DNA of 64,000 nt, taken from positions 9,695 to 73,694 of the forward strand of contig JADFNB010000013.1 in NCBI GenBank assembly GCA_022563595.1. The letters run 5' to 3'. A program made the translations under genes and the position numbers. The notes below the pieces were generated by a model. It was not told the DNA's origin, searched no databases, and saw only the letters and a list, made by a program, of their open reading frames with translations. Positions 28,783-38,768 of this stretch are shown here, in pieces; positions within the stretch are counted from its first letter, which is position 1; each line of letters starts with the position of its first letter. Origin of the DNA: Gemmatimonadota bacterium (GTDB lineage Bacteria; Gemmatimonadota; Gemmatimonadetes; Gemmatimonadales; GWC2-71-9).

Positions 28783-29592
28783 TTACGGTTTGGTCGCGAG
28801 CAACCAGCGCGACGTCCCCCGTCGGGGACCCCGTTCCACGATCCAGTTCTTGTACTGCGACTGCAACGCCTCCGGTGCGAGCGCCCGGACATGGGGCGGC
28901 GATTCCATCGGCAGGACGAGATGCACACCCCCTCGCACGGTGCGCTCGAGCAGTGTCTCTGTCAATTTCAGCCGTGATGGCGCATCGATGGTACCAAGGG
29001 TTCCCGGATGAATCACGACGAGCGCCGGTCGGATCTCGGGAAACCAGTGTCCCAGGCGCACGAGCATTGCCTGCACCCGCGTCGCGAGCGCCTCCGCCGC
29101 CGCGCGCGTCTCGACGCTCTCGACCGCGGGGAGACTCTCGTCGATCACGAGCACATCGGCGCCGTGTGCGGCCAGGAAGTATGCAGCCGGAGCGGCGGCG
29201 CATCCTACGACCAGCGCGCGATCGTCTGGCTCGATGCGTTGCGCCAGATCGGCCAGTGGTGTGCGCCCGGGCAGGCCCCAGTGTGTGAGCGTCCGCTGCG
29301 CGTGCCGGAGCTGCACGTGTCGCTGGCGCCAGCGCCGGAAAGGCGGCAGCTTGAGTCGCCGCCTGATCAGCCGATCGACGTGGTCCAACATGAGCACCTC
29401 GGTGAGGACCAGCTGACTTTCCGGCCCGGCATCGAGTTCCTTCACCGCCTCGTCGGCGATCGCCAGCAGTTCCGGCCGCGAGAGTTGGTCTTTGTAGTCC
29501 TCGATCCGCTCCGCGATGAACTCCTCGTACTCCTGCCGGAGCGAGAGCGGCGTGCGCATCTGCCGGCCGGTGGATAGCGGATTGGTCAGCAC
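28783..29592 (-). CDS. hypothetical protein, possibly a degenerate Rossmann/methyltransferase-like fold
   Basis: The reading frame is long and codon-biased. ALVVGCAAAPAAYFLAAHGADVLVID weakly resembles MTase motif I. The start overlaps the CDF stop codon by 7 nt. An alternative start lies at 29559. Confidence 0.55.
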   Translation of the reverse strand: MLTNPLSTGRQMRTPLSLRQEYEEFIAERIEDYKDQLSRPELLAIADEAVKELDAGPESQLVLTEVLMLDHVDRLIRRRLKLPPFRRWRQRHVQLRHAQRTLTHWGLPGRTPLADLAQRIEPDDRALVVGCAAAPAAYFLAAHGADVLVIDESLPAVESVETRAAAEALATRVQAMLVRLGHWFPEIRPALVVIHPGTLGTIDAPSRLKLTETLLERTVRGGVHLVLPMESPPHVRALAPEALQSQYKNWIVERGPRRGTSRWLLATKP

Positions 29593-30443
29593 GGCTCGAC
29601 GTGCACCACCGTTTGTGTGAAATGGAGCTGGTCGCGCAACCGGCGCTCCACGACGTCGGCTATATCGTGCGCGTCCTCGACGGTGGCGTCGCGGTCCACA
29701 GCTATGGTGAGTTCCACGAACAGCTGTTCGGGCGACCCGCGCGAGCGGATATGGTAGGCGCGGTGCACGCCCTTCACGCTCTCGACGGCCGCCCGGATGA
29801 CCGGTGCCGGCGCGGCGTGCTCGTCAACCAGCATCGGCACCGCTCGCCGGATTATGCCGACCGCAAGCCACACGATGACGCCGGCGACCATCAATGCGAC
29901 GGTCGGGTCGGCGAACCCGAAGCCGGCCCGCGACAGCACGACGCCGGCCAGCACGCCGGTCGTGATGACAATGTCCGCTTTCGTGTGAGTCGCGTCTGCC
30001 AGCAGGAGTTGGCTGCCAAGTTCGTGACCCCTGCGCGACTCGTAGACGGCCACGACCGTGTTCACCCCGAGCGTCCCGAACAACACACCCAGCTGTAGCG
30101 GCGTGATCTCGAGCGGCGCGGCGCCCGCAATCAGCCGGTGCACCGCGCCCTTGACCAGCTCGAATCCCGAAATCGAGAGGAACACCACGATTCCCAGGGC
30201 GCCGAGCGTTTCGAACTTGGAGTGGCCGTATGGATGATCCTCGTCGGGTTCCTTGGAGGCGATCATCATGAGTATGAGGGCGAGTACGTTGTTCATCGCG
30301 TCGACGGCGGAATGCACGCCGTCTCCCAGGACCGCGAGCGAACGTGTGTTGAGCCCGATGACGAACTTGGCCCCCACGACAGCCAAGTTGGCGACGAGGA
30401 GGCCGATTAGAACCCGGGTAATCTGCGCGTGGCGGTCGCGCAT
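29586..30443 (-). CDS. cation diffusion facilitator family transporter
   Basis: Six TM segments are present. The metal-site motifs are HSAVD and HTKAD (HxxxD). The C-terminal cytoplasmic domain contains HHIRSRG. Confidence 0.9.
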   Translation of the reverse strand: MRDRHAQITRVLIGLLVANLAVVGAKFVIGLNTRSLAVLGDGVHSAVDAMNNVLALILMMIASKEPDEDHPYGHSKFETLGALGIVVFLSISGFELVKGAVHRLIAGAAPLEITPLQLGVLFGTLGVNTVVAVYESRRGHELGSQLLLADATHTKADIVITTGVLAGVVLSRAGFGFADPTVALMVAGVIVWLAVGIIRRAVPMLVDEHAAPAPVIRAAVESVKGVHRAYHIRSRGSPEQLFVELTIAVDRDATVEDAHDIADVVERRLRDQLHFTQTVVHVEPC

Positions 30444-30560
30444 CCTTGAACTTCGCGTTCCCGGCCGCGACTGTCAACACTGTGTTCCGATGAGCGCGCT
30501 CCAAGCTGCACGACTTTGAACCGGATCCCGGCGCAGGCGCCCGGCGCGCGAAGATGAGGC

Positions 30561-30917
30561 TCACTGATCCGGGCGGAGAGTGCGCGCGTCGTGGAGGTAG
30601 ACGTGCTTTACATCGGCGGCGGACCGATCGGTGTCGACGTGCATGAGGACGCGAATGCAGCGTGGCAGGCCGCCCGGCACGTCCATCTCCGTCGTGCAGA
30701 GGAGCGGCACCCCGGTCCATCCGAGACGACGCGCGGCACGGGCGGGGTACTCGCTGCGCACGTCCGGCGTTACCGTGAAGATGATGCTCGTGATGTCGTC
30801 CGGGTCGAGCGCGTTGGCGTGTGCGATCGCCTCGAGCAACTCTCGAGTTGCCGCAAGGACCAATTCGGGTTCGTCCCGGGCGACTACGGTGGCGCCTCTT
30901 ATCCCGCGCACGGCCAT
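30561..30917 (-). CDS. aroH: chorismate mutase, AroH class
   Basis: The sequence begins MAVRGIRGATVV, contains IIFTVTPDV, and its 118 aa length is typical of AroH. Confidence 0.85.
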   Translation of the reverse strand: MAVRGIRGATVVARDEPELVLAATRELLEAIAHANALDPDDITSIIFTVTPDVRSEYPARAARRLGWTGVPLLCTTEMDVPGGLPRCIRVLMHVDTDRSAADVKHVYLHDARTLRPDQ

Positions 30918-30928
30918 GGAGTGACCTC

Positions 30929-31570
30929 ATGAAGCTTGATGTGCGTCTCATCGCTATACTCGACCCGTCGACACTCGGAACCGACGCGCTCGCCGCGGCA
31001 CGGGCGGCGGCGGCCGGGGGCGCGACCGCACTGCAAGTCCGGATGAAGAATAGTCCGGCGGCGGAGATCCTGCGCTGGACGGAACGGCTCGTGGAAGCGC
31101 TCGCCGTGCCAGTCTACGTGAACGACCGGGCGGACATCGCCTGGGCCGCCGGCGCGGCCGGCGTGCATCTCGGCGCGGACGACCTCCCCGTAGCGCGCGT
31201 GCGCGCCGCCGCACCACGTCCTCTTCTCATCGGCATATCGGTAGGCACCGAGTCCGAGGCTCAGGCCGTCCTGGACGCGGCCCCGGATTATTGGAGCATC
31301 GGGTCGGTGTACCCGACCCCGTCCAAGGCCGATGCTGGCGCTCCCATCGGTACCGACGGACTGCGCCGCCTTGCCGGACGTGCTCCCCCGGGCGTCCCGG
31401 TCATAGGTATCGGCGGGATCACCGCCGAGAACGTCGGCGAGGTGATCGCCGCCGGCGCCGTGGGTGTGGCCGTCATCGGCGCCATCTTCGGCGCGTCCGA
31501 TCCGGAACAAGCGGCGCGGCGCCTCCGCGACGCCGTCGATGCCGGCGGCGCGCGGACGCGCCGCGCGTGA
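30929..31570 (+). CDS. thiE: thiamine-phosphate synthase
   Basis: The sequence reads MKLDVRLIAILD, ALQVRMK, HLGADDLP and VIGIGGITAENV. The ORF-track start at 30821 overlaps aroH, so I prefer the ATG at 30929. Confidence 0.85.
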   Translation: MKLDVRLIAILDPSTLGTDALAAARAAAAGGATALQVRMKNSPAAEILRWTERLVEALAVPVYVNDRADIAWAAGAAGVHLGADDLPVARVRAAAPRPLLIGISVGTESEAQAVLDAAPDYWSIGSVYPTPSKADAGAPIGTDGLRRLAGRAPPGVPVIGIGGITAENVGEVIAAGAVGVAVIGAIFGASDPEQAARRLRDAVDAGGARTRRA

Positions 31571-31596
31571 CCTAGGGGAGCGTACCTCAGGGCGCG

Positions 31597-32547
31597 TTAA
31601 CGACCGCGAATCCGTGCGATCGCCGCACGGTGCTCGCGCAGGGAACGCGAGAACACATGTTGTCCGTCGGGTCGAGCGACGAAGAAGAAGAAATCGGTCC
31701 GTGCCGGATAGAGCGCCGCCTCGATGCTGGCGGCGGCCGGCTGCCCGATGGGCCCGGGCGGAAGGCCGTCGTGCCGGTACGTGTTGTACGGCGACCGGGT
31801 GAGGTAGTCTCGCTCGAAGAGTCGCCGGCGCCTCCCCAATGCGTAGATCACCGTCGGATCGGCCTGGAGACGCCAGCCGGCTGCGAGCCGGTTGTGGTAG
31901 ACCGAGGCAACGAAACGCCGGTCGACGTCGTGCCGTACCTCCCCCTCGATGATCGAGGCAAGGATGACGACCTCACGCCGGTCGAGGCCGAGGCTGTCGA
32001 GCCGCGCGTGCCATTCGGGCTTCCAGCGCGCTATGAACTCGGCCACCACTTGGCGGGCGACTTCCCGCGCGTCCGCACCGACTCGGACGGCATAGGTACT
32101 GGGGTATAGATAACCTTCCAGTGTCGCCGCGTTGCTGTCCACCAGCGCGATCAACGCCGGGTCGCGGGCGGCCGCGGCGAAGCTGTCGGCGGAAATGCCG
32201 AGTTGTGCTTCCACCACCGCCGCGACCTCCGTGAGCATCAGTCCCTCGGGGATGACGAGCGTCTCCAGGGCGGGAACGCCTGCTACGAGCGCGTCGAGCA
32301 CGTCGCGCAGCGGGCGATCCCGATGCAGATCGTACGTCCCCGCGCCCAGCTTGCGGTCTTTCCCCAACAGTGTGGCGTAGAACCGGAACCGGCGCGGTGA
32401 ATCGATGATGCCGTGCGCGACGAGCGTCTCGGCGATGGCCCCGAGCGAGGCGCCCTGCGGAATCGTGACGCGCACGGCCTCGCCGTCGGGCTGCGGAACC
32501 CGGCAGGCGGCGAGCAGCAGAGCGCAGAGTACGAGGCGGGCGGTCAC
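31597..32547 (-). CDS. mltG: endolytic peptidoglycan transglycosylase MltG (YceG family)
   Basis: There is an N-terminal TM segment. ILASIIEGE and VYHNRLAAGWRLQADPTVIYAL are present. Confidence 0.9.
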   Translation of the reverse strand: MTARLVLCALLLAACRVPQPDGEAVRVTIPQGASLGAIAETLVAHGIIDSPRRFRFYATLLGKDRKLGAGTYDLHRDRPLRDVLDALVAGVPALETLVIPEGLMLTEVAAVVEAQLGISADSFAAAARDPALIALVDSNAATLEGYLYPSTYAVRVGADAREVARQVVAEFIARWKPEWHARLDSLGLDRREVVILASIIEGEVRHDVDRRFVASVYHNRLAAGWRLQADPTVIYALGRRRRLFERDYLTRSPYNTYRHDGLPPGPIGQPAAASIEAALYPARTDFFFFVARPDGQHVFSRSLREHRAAIARIRGR

Positions 32548-33044
32548 GGGCGGCGGGAATCGAGATGCTGTTGCAGCAGCACCGTCGCGGCCAGTTGGTC
32601 GATGTCTCCGCGCCGCCTCCGTGTCCGCCCGCCGAGATCGCGTACGGCACTCAGCGCACGGGCTGTCGTCATGCGCTCGTCCACGAGGGTCACCGGAAGT
32701 CCCGTCTTCTCACGGATGAGTCCGGCCGTCTCTTGAGCGGCGCGGGCGGCGGGTCCCTCGGAGCCATCACTCTCCAGCGGGAGACCGACCACGATCTCCA
32801 CTGGCAAAAGCCTATCGAGATATGAGCGGAGCTGCCGCATCGGGAAGCGTTTGCCGGCACGACGGGTGAGCGTGCCGAGGGGTTGCGCTATCGTGCTGCT
32901 CGGGTCGGAGATCGCGAGGCCGATACGTTTCTCGCCCCAGTCGATCCCCAACACTCTCCCCGCACCCTGCGGACAGGCAATCCGACGGGCGGCGGTATCG
33001 TTGACCTCACTGTCCGTCCGTCTGTCGGTCCGCCGGTCGGTCAT
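32544..33044 (-). CDS. ruvX: Holliday junction resolvase-like nuclease RuvX (YqgF)
   Basis: [17 protein letters not shown] is present and the C-terminal half is conserved. The gene overlaps the rho stop and the mltG start by 4 nt each. Confidence 0.85.
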   Translation of the reverse strand: MTDRRTDRRTDSEVNDTAARRIACPQGAGRVLGIDWGEKRIGLAISDPSSTIAQPLGTLTRRAGKRFPMRQLRSYLDRLLPVEIVVGLPLESDGSEGPAARAAQETAGLIREKTGLPVTLVDERMTTARALSAVRDLGGRTRRRRGDIDQLAATVLLQQHLDSRRP

Positions 33045-34291
33045 CCCTGCTGCATAGTGGCGTAGAATTCCTTGTTGTTCTTCGTGCGTTTCAGCCGCTC
33101 GAGCAGGAACTCGATCGCTTCGACCGTCGGCATATCGGCGAGGAAGTTGCGCAACAAGTGCATCTTGTTGAGTTCGTCCGGCTCCATGAGCAGCTCCTCC
33201 TTGCGCGTCGAGGTGCGCTGCACGTCGATCGCCGGATAGATACGGCGGTCGGCGATGCGGCGGTCGAGCACGAGTTCCATGTTGCCGGTGCCCTTGAACT
33301 CCTCGAAGATCACCTCGTCCATGCGACTGCCCGTCTCGATCAGTGCCGTGGCTATGATCGTCAGCGACCCGCCGCCTTCGATATTGCGGGCGGCGCCGAA
33401 GAATCGCTTCGGCTTGTGCAACGCATGGGCGTCCACACCGCCCGAGAGGATCTTGCCCGAGTGGGGGATCACGACATTGTGGGCTCTCGCGAGCCGCGTG
33501 ATGGAGTCGAGGAGGATCACCACATCACGCCCATGCTCCACCAGCCGCTTCGCCTTCTCGATAACCATCTCGGCCACCTGGACGTGCCGGTCGGCTGGTT
33601 CATCGAACGTAGAGGAGATCACCTCGGCGTTGACGTTCTCCTCCATGTCAGTGACCTCCTCCGGCCGCTCGTCGATCAGCAGGACGATGAGCGTGACGTC
33701 TTCATGATTCTCGGTGATCGAGTTCGCGAGCTTCTGGAGGAGGATCGTCTTGCCCGCTTTCGGCGGGGCCACGATCAGGCCGCGTTGGCCGCAGCCGATG
33801 GGCGAGAGGATATCGATCACGCGCGTCGCCAGGTCGGCGTCCTTTCGCTCCAGGTGAATTCGCCGGTCGGGATAGCGCGGGCGCAGGTTGTCGAATCCGA
33901 TGCGGTGCTTCGCCTTCTCGGGGTCTTCGAAGTTGACGCTTTCGACCTTGAGCAGCGCCAGATAGCGCTCCCCTTCCTTGGGTGGGCGGACCTGGCCGAG
34001 CACCGTGTCGCCCGTGCGCAAGTCGAATCGCTTTATCTGGCTGGGGCTGACGTAGATGTCGTCGGGGCCGTATAGGTAATTCCAATCCTGACTTCGCAGG
34101 AACCCGTACCCTTCGGGTAGGATTTCGAGAACTCCTTCCCCGCGGAGCACGGTATCCGAATCGAGCAGCAGCTGCTCGACGCGGAAGATGAGATCCTGCT
34201 TGCGCATGCCCGAGTAGTTGGTGATTTTCAAATCTTCGGCCATCGCATGCAGCTGCGCGACAGATTTCTTCTTCAGTTCAGCGATGTCCAC
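33041..34291 (-). CDS. rho: transcription termination factor Rho
   Basis: There is an N-terminal RNA-binding domain, Walker A APPKAGKT, and LIDERPEEV. The full-length 416 aa sequence is conserved throughout. Confidence 0.95.
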   Translation of the reverse strand: MDIAELKKKSVAQLHAMAEDLKITNYSGMRKQDLIFRVEQLLLDSDTVLRGEGVLEILPEGYGFLRSQDWNYLYGPDDIYVSPSQIKRFDLRTGDTVLGQVRPPKEGERYLALLKVESVNFEDPEKAKHRIGFDNLRPRYPDRRIHLERKDADLATRVIDILSPIGCGQRGLIVAPPKAGKTILLQKLANSITENHEDVTLIVLLIDERPEEVTDMEENVNAEVISSTFDEPADRHVQVAEMVIEKAKRLVEHGRDVVILLDSITRLARAHNVVIPHSGKILSGGVDAHALHKPKRFFGAARNIEGGGSLTIIATALIETGSRMDEVIFEEFKGTGNMELVLDRRIADRRIYPAIDVQRTSTRKEELLMEPDELNKMHLLRNFLADMPTVEAIEFLLERLKRTKNNKEFYATMQQG

Positions 34292-34398
34292 GGCGGAGGA
34301 ACTCCATCTGGGCGGAATAGTGATGCGGTACTCAAATCACGAAAGTCAGCCCGTCTCAGGGCTATCGTCTTGGGTATGACGCTGGGGATCGTAGGGAA

Positions 34399-35595
34399 GT
34401 GAAAGCACCTCATAATAGGAGCCTGCCCGACAACCGTCAAGAGGCGCCGGCCGATTCCCACCCCGGTGCCGTGGGCGCCTTCGCGCGCTACTTCGTGTTC
34501 TGGCGCACCACCATCGCGCGCGATCGGGAGATGGTCGAAGCCGTCGTGCAGCCGGATCACGTTGGTCCTTCCCACGAACTCCGCACCGCCCTCGAACGTT
34601 GGCCCGGGGTGTATTACTGGTCTACCGGCACCGACGCCAACCGGCTGGTGCTGGTCCGTGCCATCGGGCGTCCGCAGAAAGAGCGTTGGTGGCTGCACGG
34701 CATCCTGTTCCTGGGAACGTTCTTCACGGTCTGGATGGGCGGCGTCTGGATGGGCGGCGCGCTGCCGCTCGACGTGCCGATCAGGACGCTGCAATGGTTC
34801 CGTAGCGACGATCTGCACGCGTTGGTCGCCAACATCGCCGATTGGGCGCGGGCAAGCGTCGGCGGGCTGTCTTTCGCCATGGCGCTGATGGGTATCCTGT
34901 TGTCGCACGAGATGGGCCATTACTTCGCGGCGAAGCGCTATGGGATCAACGTGTCTCCGCCGTTCTTCCTGCCCGCGCCGATCGAGTTTAACTTCATCGG
35001 CACCTTCGGCGCGTTCATTCGGCTGCGCAGCCCGGTCGTCGACCGCCGGCAACTGATGGACATCGGTGCCGCCGGACCCTGGGTGGGGTTCGTGATCTCG
35101 CTCGTCATACTCGGCGTCGGTCTGCACCAGTCGTTCGTCATCCCGGCCGACCACGGCGCCGGCATGATCGTCGAGTTCGGCGAGTGGCGCTTTGGTGACT
35201 CGCTGCTGACACTCGCGCTGCGCTCGTTGCTGGTGGGAGAGGGAACGCCGGTGCTGCATCCGCTGGCCGTCGCCGGCTGGGTGGGCATGCTCGTCACCGC
35301 CCTCAACCTGCTCCCGCTAGGCCAGCTGGACGGCGGTCATATCTTCTATGCCTTGTTCGGCGATCGCCAGCGTTACATCGGCGTGCTCGCGTGGGTCGGT
35401 CTCGTGATCATGGGCGCGTGGTTCTGGCCCTGGTGGCTCTTGGCCGCGCTCATCCTCGTGCTCGGCGGCGGGCGGCTGGCTCACCCTCGGGTCCTCGAGT
35501 ACCGCCGGCCGTTGCCCCCGAGTCGACGGCTTCTGGGCTGGGCGTCGATCTTGCTCCTGGCGGCCACCTTCACGCCGGTCCCTATCCTTATATGA
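34399..35595 (+). CDS. M50 family site-2 protease-like membrane metalloprotease
   Basis: The zinc motif is HEMGHY, the second motif is NLLPLGQLDGGH, and there are multiple TM segments. Confidence 0.85.
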   Translation: MKAPHNRSLPDNRQEAPADSHPGAVGAFARYFVFWRTTIARDREMVEAVVQPDHVGPSHELRTALERWPGVYYWSTGTDANRLVLVRAIGRPQKERWWLHGILFLGTFFTVWMGGVWMGGALPLDVPIRTLQWFRSDDLHALVANIADWARASVGGLSFAMALMGILLSHEMGHYFAAKRYGINVSPPFFLPAPIEFNFIGTFGAFIRLRSPVVDRRQLMDIGAAGPWVGFVISLVILGVGLHQSFVIPADHGAGMIVEFGEWRFGDSLLTLALRSLLVGEGTPVLHPLAVAGWVGMLVTALNLLPLGQLDGGHIFYALFGDRQRYIGVLAWVGLVIMGAWFWPWWLLAALILVLGGGRLAHPRVLEYRRPLPPSRRLLGWASILLLAATFTPVPILI

Positions 35596-35688
35596 GGGGC
35601 GGCGGTGGATATTGGGGTGCGGTCCAGCGTGGCTACCGACTTCTGGTCGCCGGTGACGCGTGTCCGGTCGGTAGGCCAGGGGCGCGGA

Positions 35689-35716
35689 TTGCGTAAGTCA
35701 CCGCACTCGTTATATT
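35689..35716 (+). promoter_or_regulatory. putative sigma-70 promoter TTGCGT-16-TATATT
   Basis: TTGCGT lies at 35689-35694 and TATATT at 35711-35716, about 25 nt upstream of the ATG at 35741. Confidence 0.5.
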
Positions 35717-35740
35717 TGCGCAAACCTGCGGAGATCGTGG

Positions 35741-36028
35741 ATGCCCGCACAATCTGTCCATTACGGTCAGCCCGATCCCACCGAGCCTGTCGTTCACGAA
35801 CTCCCACCGATCCGCTACGAGGGCGACGAGGTGCCCGTCCGGCTGGCGGTCCGGCGCGAAAACGACGGTTCGTGGCGCGGGCGGCTCATCTTCGGTGCCG
35901 CGGACGCCGAGCAAACCCCGGCGACGGCGGAAATCCTGTTTGGTGACTCCGAGACCGACTTATGGCAGTCGGTCAGGGATCTCAGGGAACACCATCTGCG
36001 CGATCTCTATCGTTCGCTATCTGAATGA
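35741..36028 (+). CDS. hypothetical protein (95 aa)
   Basis: The ORF has GC3-biased codon usage and sits downstream of a good promoter. Its stop overlaps the next start (ATGA). Confidence 0.5.
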   Translation: MPAQSVHYGQPDPTEPVVHELPPIRYEGDEVPVRLAVRRENDGSWRGRLIFGAADAEQTPATAEILFGDSETDLWQSVRDLREHHLRDLYRSLSE

Positions 36029-36216
36029 GCCAAGACGCAGAAGGGCGACTCCGGCAGCTGCGTCACGATCTCGCTAACCCGCTGGCCGCGATCCTCGCCG
36101 AGGCCCAGCTACAGCTGCTGAACGAAGCGGCGCTCTCCGACGAGGTCGCCAGGTCGTTTCGCGACATCGAGCGTGTGTCTCGCAGGATGCGCGAGATCAT
36201 GCAGACGGTGGTCTAG
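36025..36216 (+). CDS. stand-alone histidine kinase DHp (HisKA-like) domain protein, 63 aa, no ATPase domain
   Basis: The H-box-like LRHDLANPLAAILAEAQL is followed by a second helix ARSFRDIERVSRRMREIMQTV. The ORF is translationally coupled to the upstream ORF. Confidence 0.6.
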   Translation: MSQDAEGRLRQLRHDLANPLAAILAEAQLQLLNEAALSDEVARSFRDIERVSRRMREIMQTVV

Positions 36217-36318
36217 ACGACGCTCTGTAGCGCCGCTTCCATTCTGCGCCTTGACGGCGGTGAAACGGAGCGCCAAGTTCTCCCGCCCCCTCTTTTACGG
36301 CGGCTGAGGAGTTCCCCA

Positions 36319-37623
36319 ATGTCTTTCGTAGCCCGTCTCCTATTCCTCTCGGCGAGCGCCGCATTGGCTGGGTGCGCTGGTGCGCCGGCGGCTGTCTCGC
36401 CTGCCGAGATCCCGGAACTCGAGGAACGCCTCGCCCGAGAACCCGAGAACGGCAGTCTCGTTCTGCGGTATTCCGCGGCACTCTTCGCGGCCGGCCGGTG
36501 TGATTCGGCTATGGCCGTGGCGCGAACCGGGATGCGGCTTGCACCGGCGGAGGCCGTGGGTGCGCTTGTGCTCGGGCAGTGTCTCGAGCGCGCGGGCGAA
36601 GCCGCGCAGGCGGTCGCGACCTACCGCGCGTTCATGAACGCCTATCCCGATGCGCGTGGCGTGGCGGCGGTGCGCGCCCGCGAGATGCTCACATTTCGGG
36701 CGCAGGCGACCGAGAGCGCGCGCGCCGCGCTTCAGCGCGAGGCGCAGCTCTCCGCCGAGGCGGCCGACCCACAGACGGTCGCGGTCCTGCCAATCCAGAT
36801 CATCGGTGATTCGATCTATCTCCCGCTCTCGCGTGGCCTGGCGCAGATCCTCATCTCGGACTTGGCGTTGCTCCAGCGGTTCCGGATGGTCGAGCGACTC
36901 CAGCTGGGTGCGCTGCTCGACGAGATGCGGTTCCAGCAGGGCGCGCGAGTGGATCCAGCCACTGTGGCTCGGGTTGGCCGCCTCATGCAGGCCGGACGCT
37001 TGGTTCAGGGCGTCGCGGCGATCGACGAGGACGACGTCAGGCTCGACGCCACGGTCGTGCTCGCGACGGGTGAGGTCACCGCACCCGCGTCGGTGCGGGG
37101 CCGGTTCCGGGATCTCATGCGGATGGAAAAGGATCTCGTCGTGATCATCGCCAGCAACCTTGGCTACACGCTGTCTGAGGCAGAGCTGAGGCTGGTTCTC
37201 GAGAACGGCACGCAGAACCTCGCGGCCTTCCTCGCGTACTCGCGCGGGCTCGTGGCCGAGGATCTCGGCGACTATCAGGTAGCCGCCAGTCACTACGCCG
37301 AAGCCGTACGCCGGGACCCCGGATTCCAGGCGGCGCGCTCAGAGCACCAAACCGCGTCGGCGACCGAGACCGTCCAGCAAGCCTCAGCGTCCGACGTGAC
37401 GACGGTGGCGGATTTCGAGGCGCCGACCGACGAGTTCATTGATCCGCTCGCGGGAGCCGTCGAGGCGACGCTGACCGATTTGGTCCCGACGCTCATCGAG
37501 CAGACCGTGCAGCAACAGACCGGTCAGGGAGCGACCTCCACGCAGGGCGGTAGTGACGATCCGCCACCGACTCCGCCTCCCCCCCCGACTGGTATCATCC
37601 GCATCATATTCAGGCTGCCATGA
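36319..37623 (+). CDS. lipoprotein with TPR repeats flanking a CsgG/LpoB-like domain
   Basis: The lipobox is LSASAALAGC. The CsgG-like core reads VAVLPIQIIGDS..LSRGLAQILISDLALLQRFRMVERLQLGALLDEMRFQQ. TPR-like helices lie on both sides. The tail is PPPTPPPPPTGIIRIIFRLP. Confidence 0.7.
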   Translation: MSFVARLLFLSASAALAGCAGAPAAVSPAEIPELEERLAREPENGSLVLRYSAALFAAGRCDSAMAVARTGMRLAPAEAVGALVLGQCLERAGEAAQAVATYRAFMNAYPDARGVAAVRAREMLTFRAQATESARAALQREAQLSAEAADPQTVAVLPIQIIGDSIYLPLSRGLAQILISDLALLQRFRMVERLQLGALLDEMRFQQGARVDPATVARVGRLMQAGRLVQGVAAIDEDDVRLDATVVLATGEVTAPASVRGRFRDLMRMEKDLVVIIASNLGYTLSEAELRLVLENGTQNLAAFLAYSRGLVAEDLGDYQVAASHYAEAVRRDPGFQAARSEHQTASATETVQQASASDVTTVADFEAPTDEFIDPLAGAVEATLTDLVPTLIEQTVQQQTGQGATSTQGGSDDPPPTPPPPPTGIIRIIFRLP

Positions 37624-38750
37624 CGATACGACGCGTAGCATTCGGGTTGTTGGTACTCGCCGCGGCCTCGTCGAGCGTCGCGGCTCAGGGCCTCGATCGG
37701 GTCATCGCGGCCGCCCGCTACGAGCGCTATTCGTTTAAACTTGGTGGAGTGGAATTAGGGAGCGTCAGTGAGTTGACGGTTCCCGTCGGATTCGACGCCG
37801 ACCTGGGCAGGCTCCTCACGGTCGCGGTGTCGTCGGGATACGCGTCGATCACCGTTTCCTCGCCGGACACAGCGGACGTCACCGTATCCGGCGTGCTCGA
37901 TACGGAGATTCGCCTCGGCGTCAACTTGATTCCCGGGAGCCTGATCTTCGTCGTGACCGGTGTGATCCCGACGGGCATCAAGACGCTCAATCAGGCCGAG
38001 GCGTCGGTGCTCGGGGCACTATCGATCGACGTGATTGGCTTTTCCGCGCCCTCGATCGGATCGGGCGGCGCGATTGGCGGCGGCCTCGTCGGCGCGGTTC
38101 CCATTGGCCGGTGGGCGCTCGGGTTGGGCGCGACCTACAAATACGGTTTGTCGTACGAGCCGCTTACCGGGAGCACCGCCGAGTTGCGGGTCGGCCCGGA
38201 GCTGCGCGGGCGTGTCGGTCTCGAGGGACCGCTCGGCCGGCGGACGTATCTCCGGATCGCCGGGATCTACGCCGCTCGCGGTAAGGACACGTTCCAGGAC
38301 TCGACGCAGAACGGCGTGGGGAACCGTCTCATCGGTTACGTCGCGCTGACCCAGGGCTTCGGCAACTCGCAGCTCGTGGTGTACTCGTTCGACGTGTACC
38401 GGGATGGCCCGCGCGTCGAACCGACAGCGGTCGGCAGGGCGCTGCTCCCGAAAGGGAACCTCCTTGCGGGCGGCTTCCGGTTCGACCTGCGCCTCGGTCG
38501 GAGCACGACGATCACGCCCCGGGCCGAAATCCGCACCTCGTGGTCGGCGGTGGACACGACCGATACGAAGCTGCGCCGTGCGGGCTATGCCGTGCGGTTC
38601 GGCGTCGACCTGGGCCAGGATCTCTCACCGCGGGTCCGCGCGGTGTTCCAAGTGGATGGATTGAAGGGCGATGCCCGGGACGACCCGACGACGCCCTTTG
38701 TGGACTTCGACGGATTTCGGGTCGGTATCTTCCTGACCGTCAGGCCGTAG
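37620..38750 (+). CDS. outer-membrane beta-barrel protein (hypothetical)
   Basis: The signal peptide is MTIRRVAFGLLVLAAASSSVAAQG. Amphipathic beta strands alternate along the whole sequence. The start overlaps the upstream stop (ATGA). Confidence 0.65.
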   Translation: MTIRRVAFGLLVLAAASSSVAAQGLDRVIAAARYERYSFKLGGVELGSVSELTVPVGFDADLGRLLTVAVSSGYASITVSSPDTADVTVSGVLDTEIRLGVNLIPGSLIFVVTGVIPTGIKTLNQAEASVLGALSIDVIGFSAPSIGSGGAIGGGLVGAVPIGRWALGLGATYKYGLSYEPLTGSTAELRVGPELRGRVGLEGPLGRRTYLRIAGIYAARGKDTFQDSTQNGVGNRLIGYVALTQGFGNSQLVVYSFDVYRDGPRVEPTAVGRALLPKGNLLAGGFRFDLRLGRSTTITPRAEIRTSWSAVDTTDTKLRRAGYAVRFGVDLGQDLSPRVRAVFQVDGLKGDARDDPTTPFVDFDGFRVGIFLTVRP

Positions 38751-38768
38751 TGCGGTATCCGCGATCAG

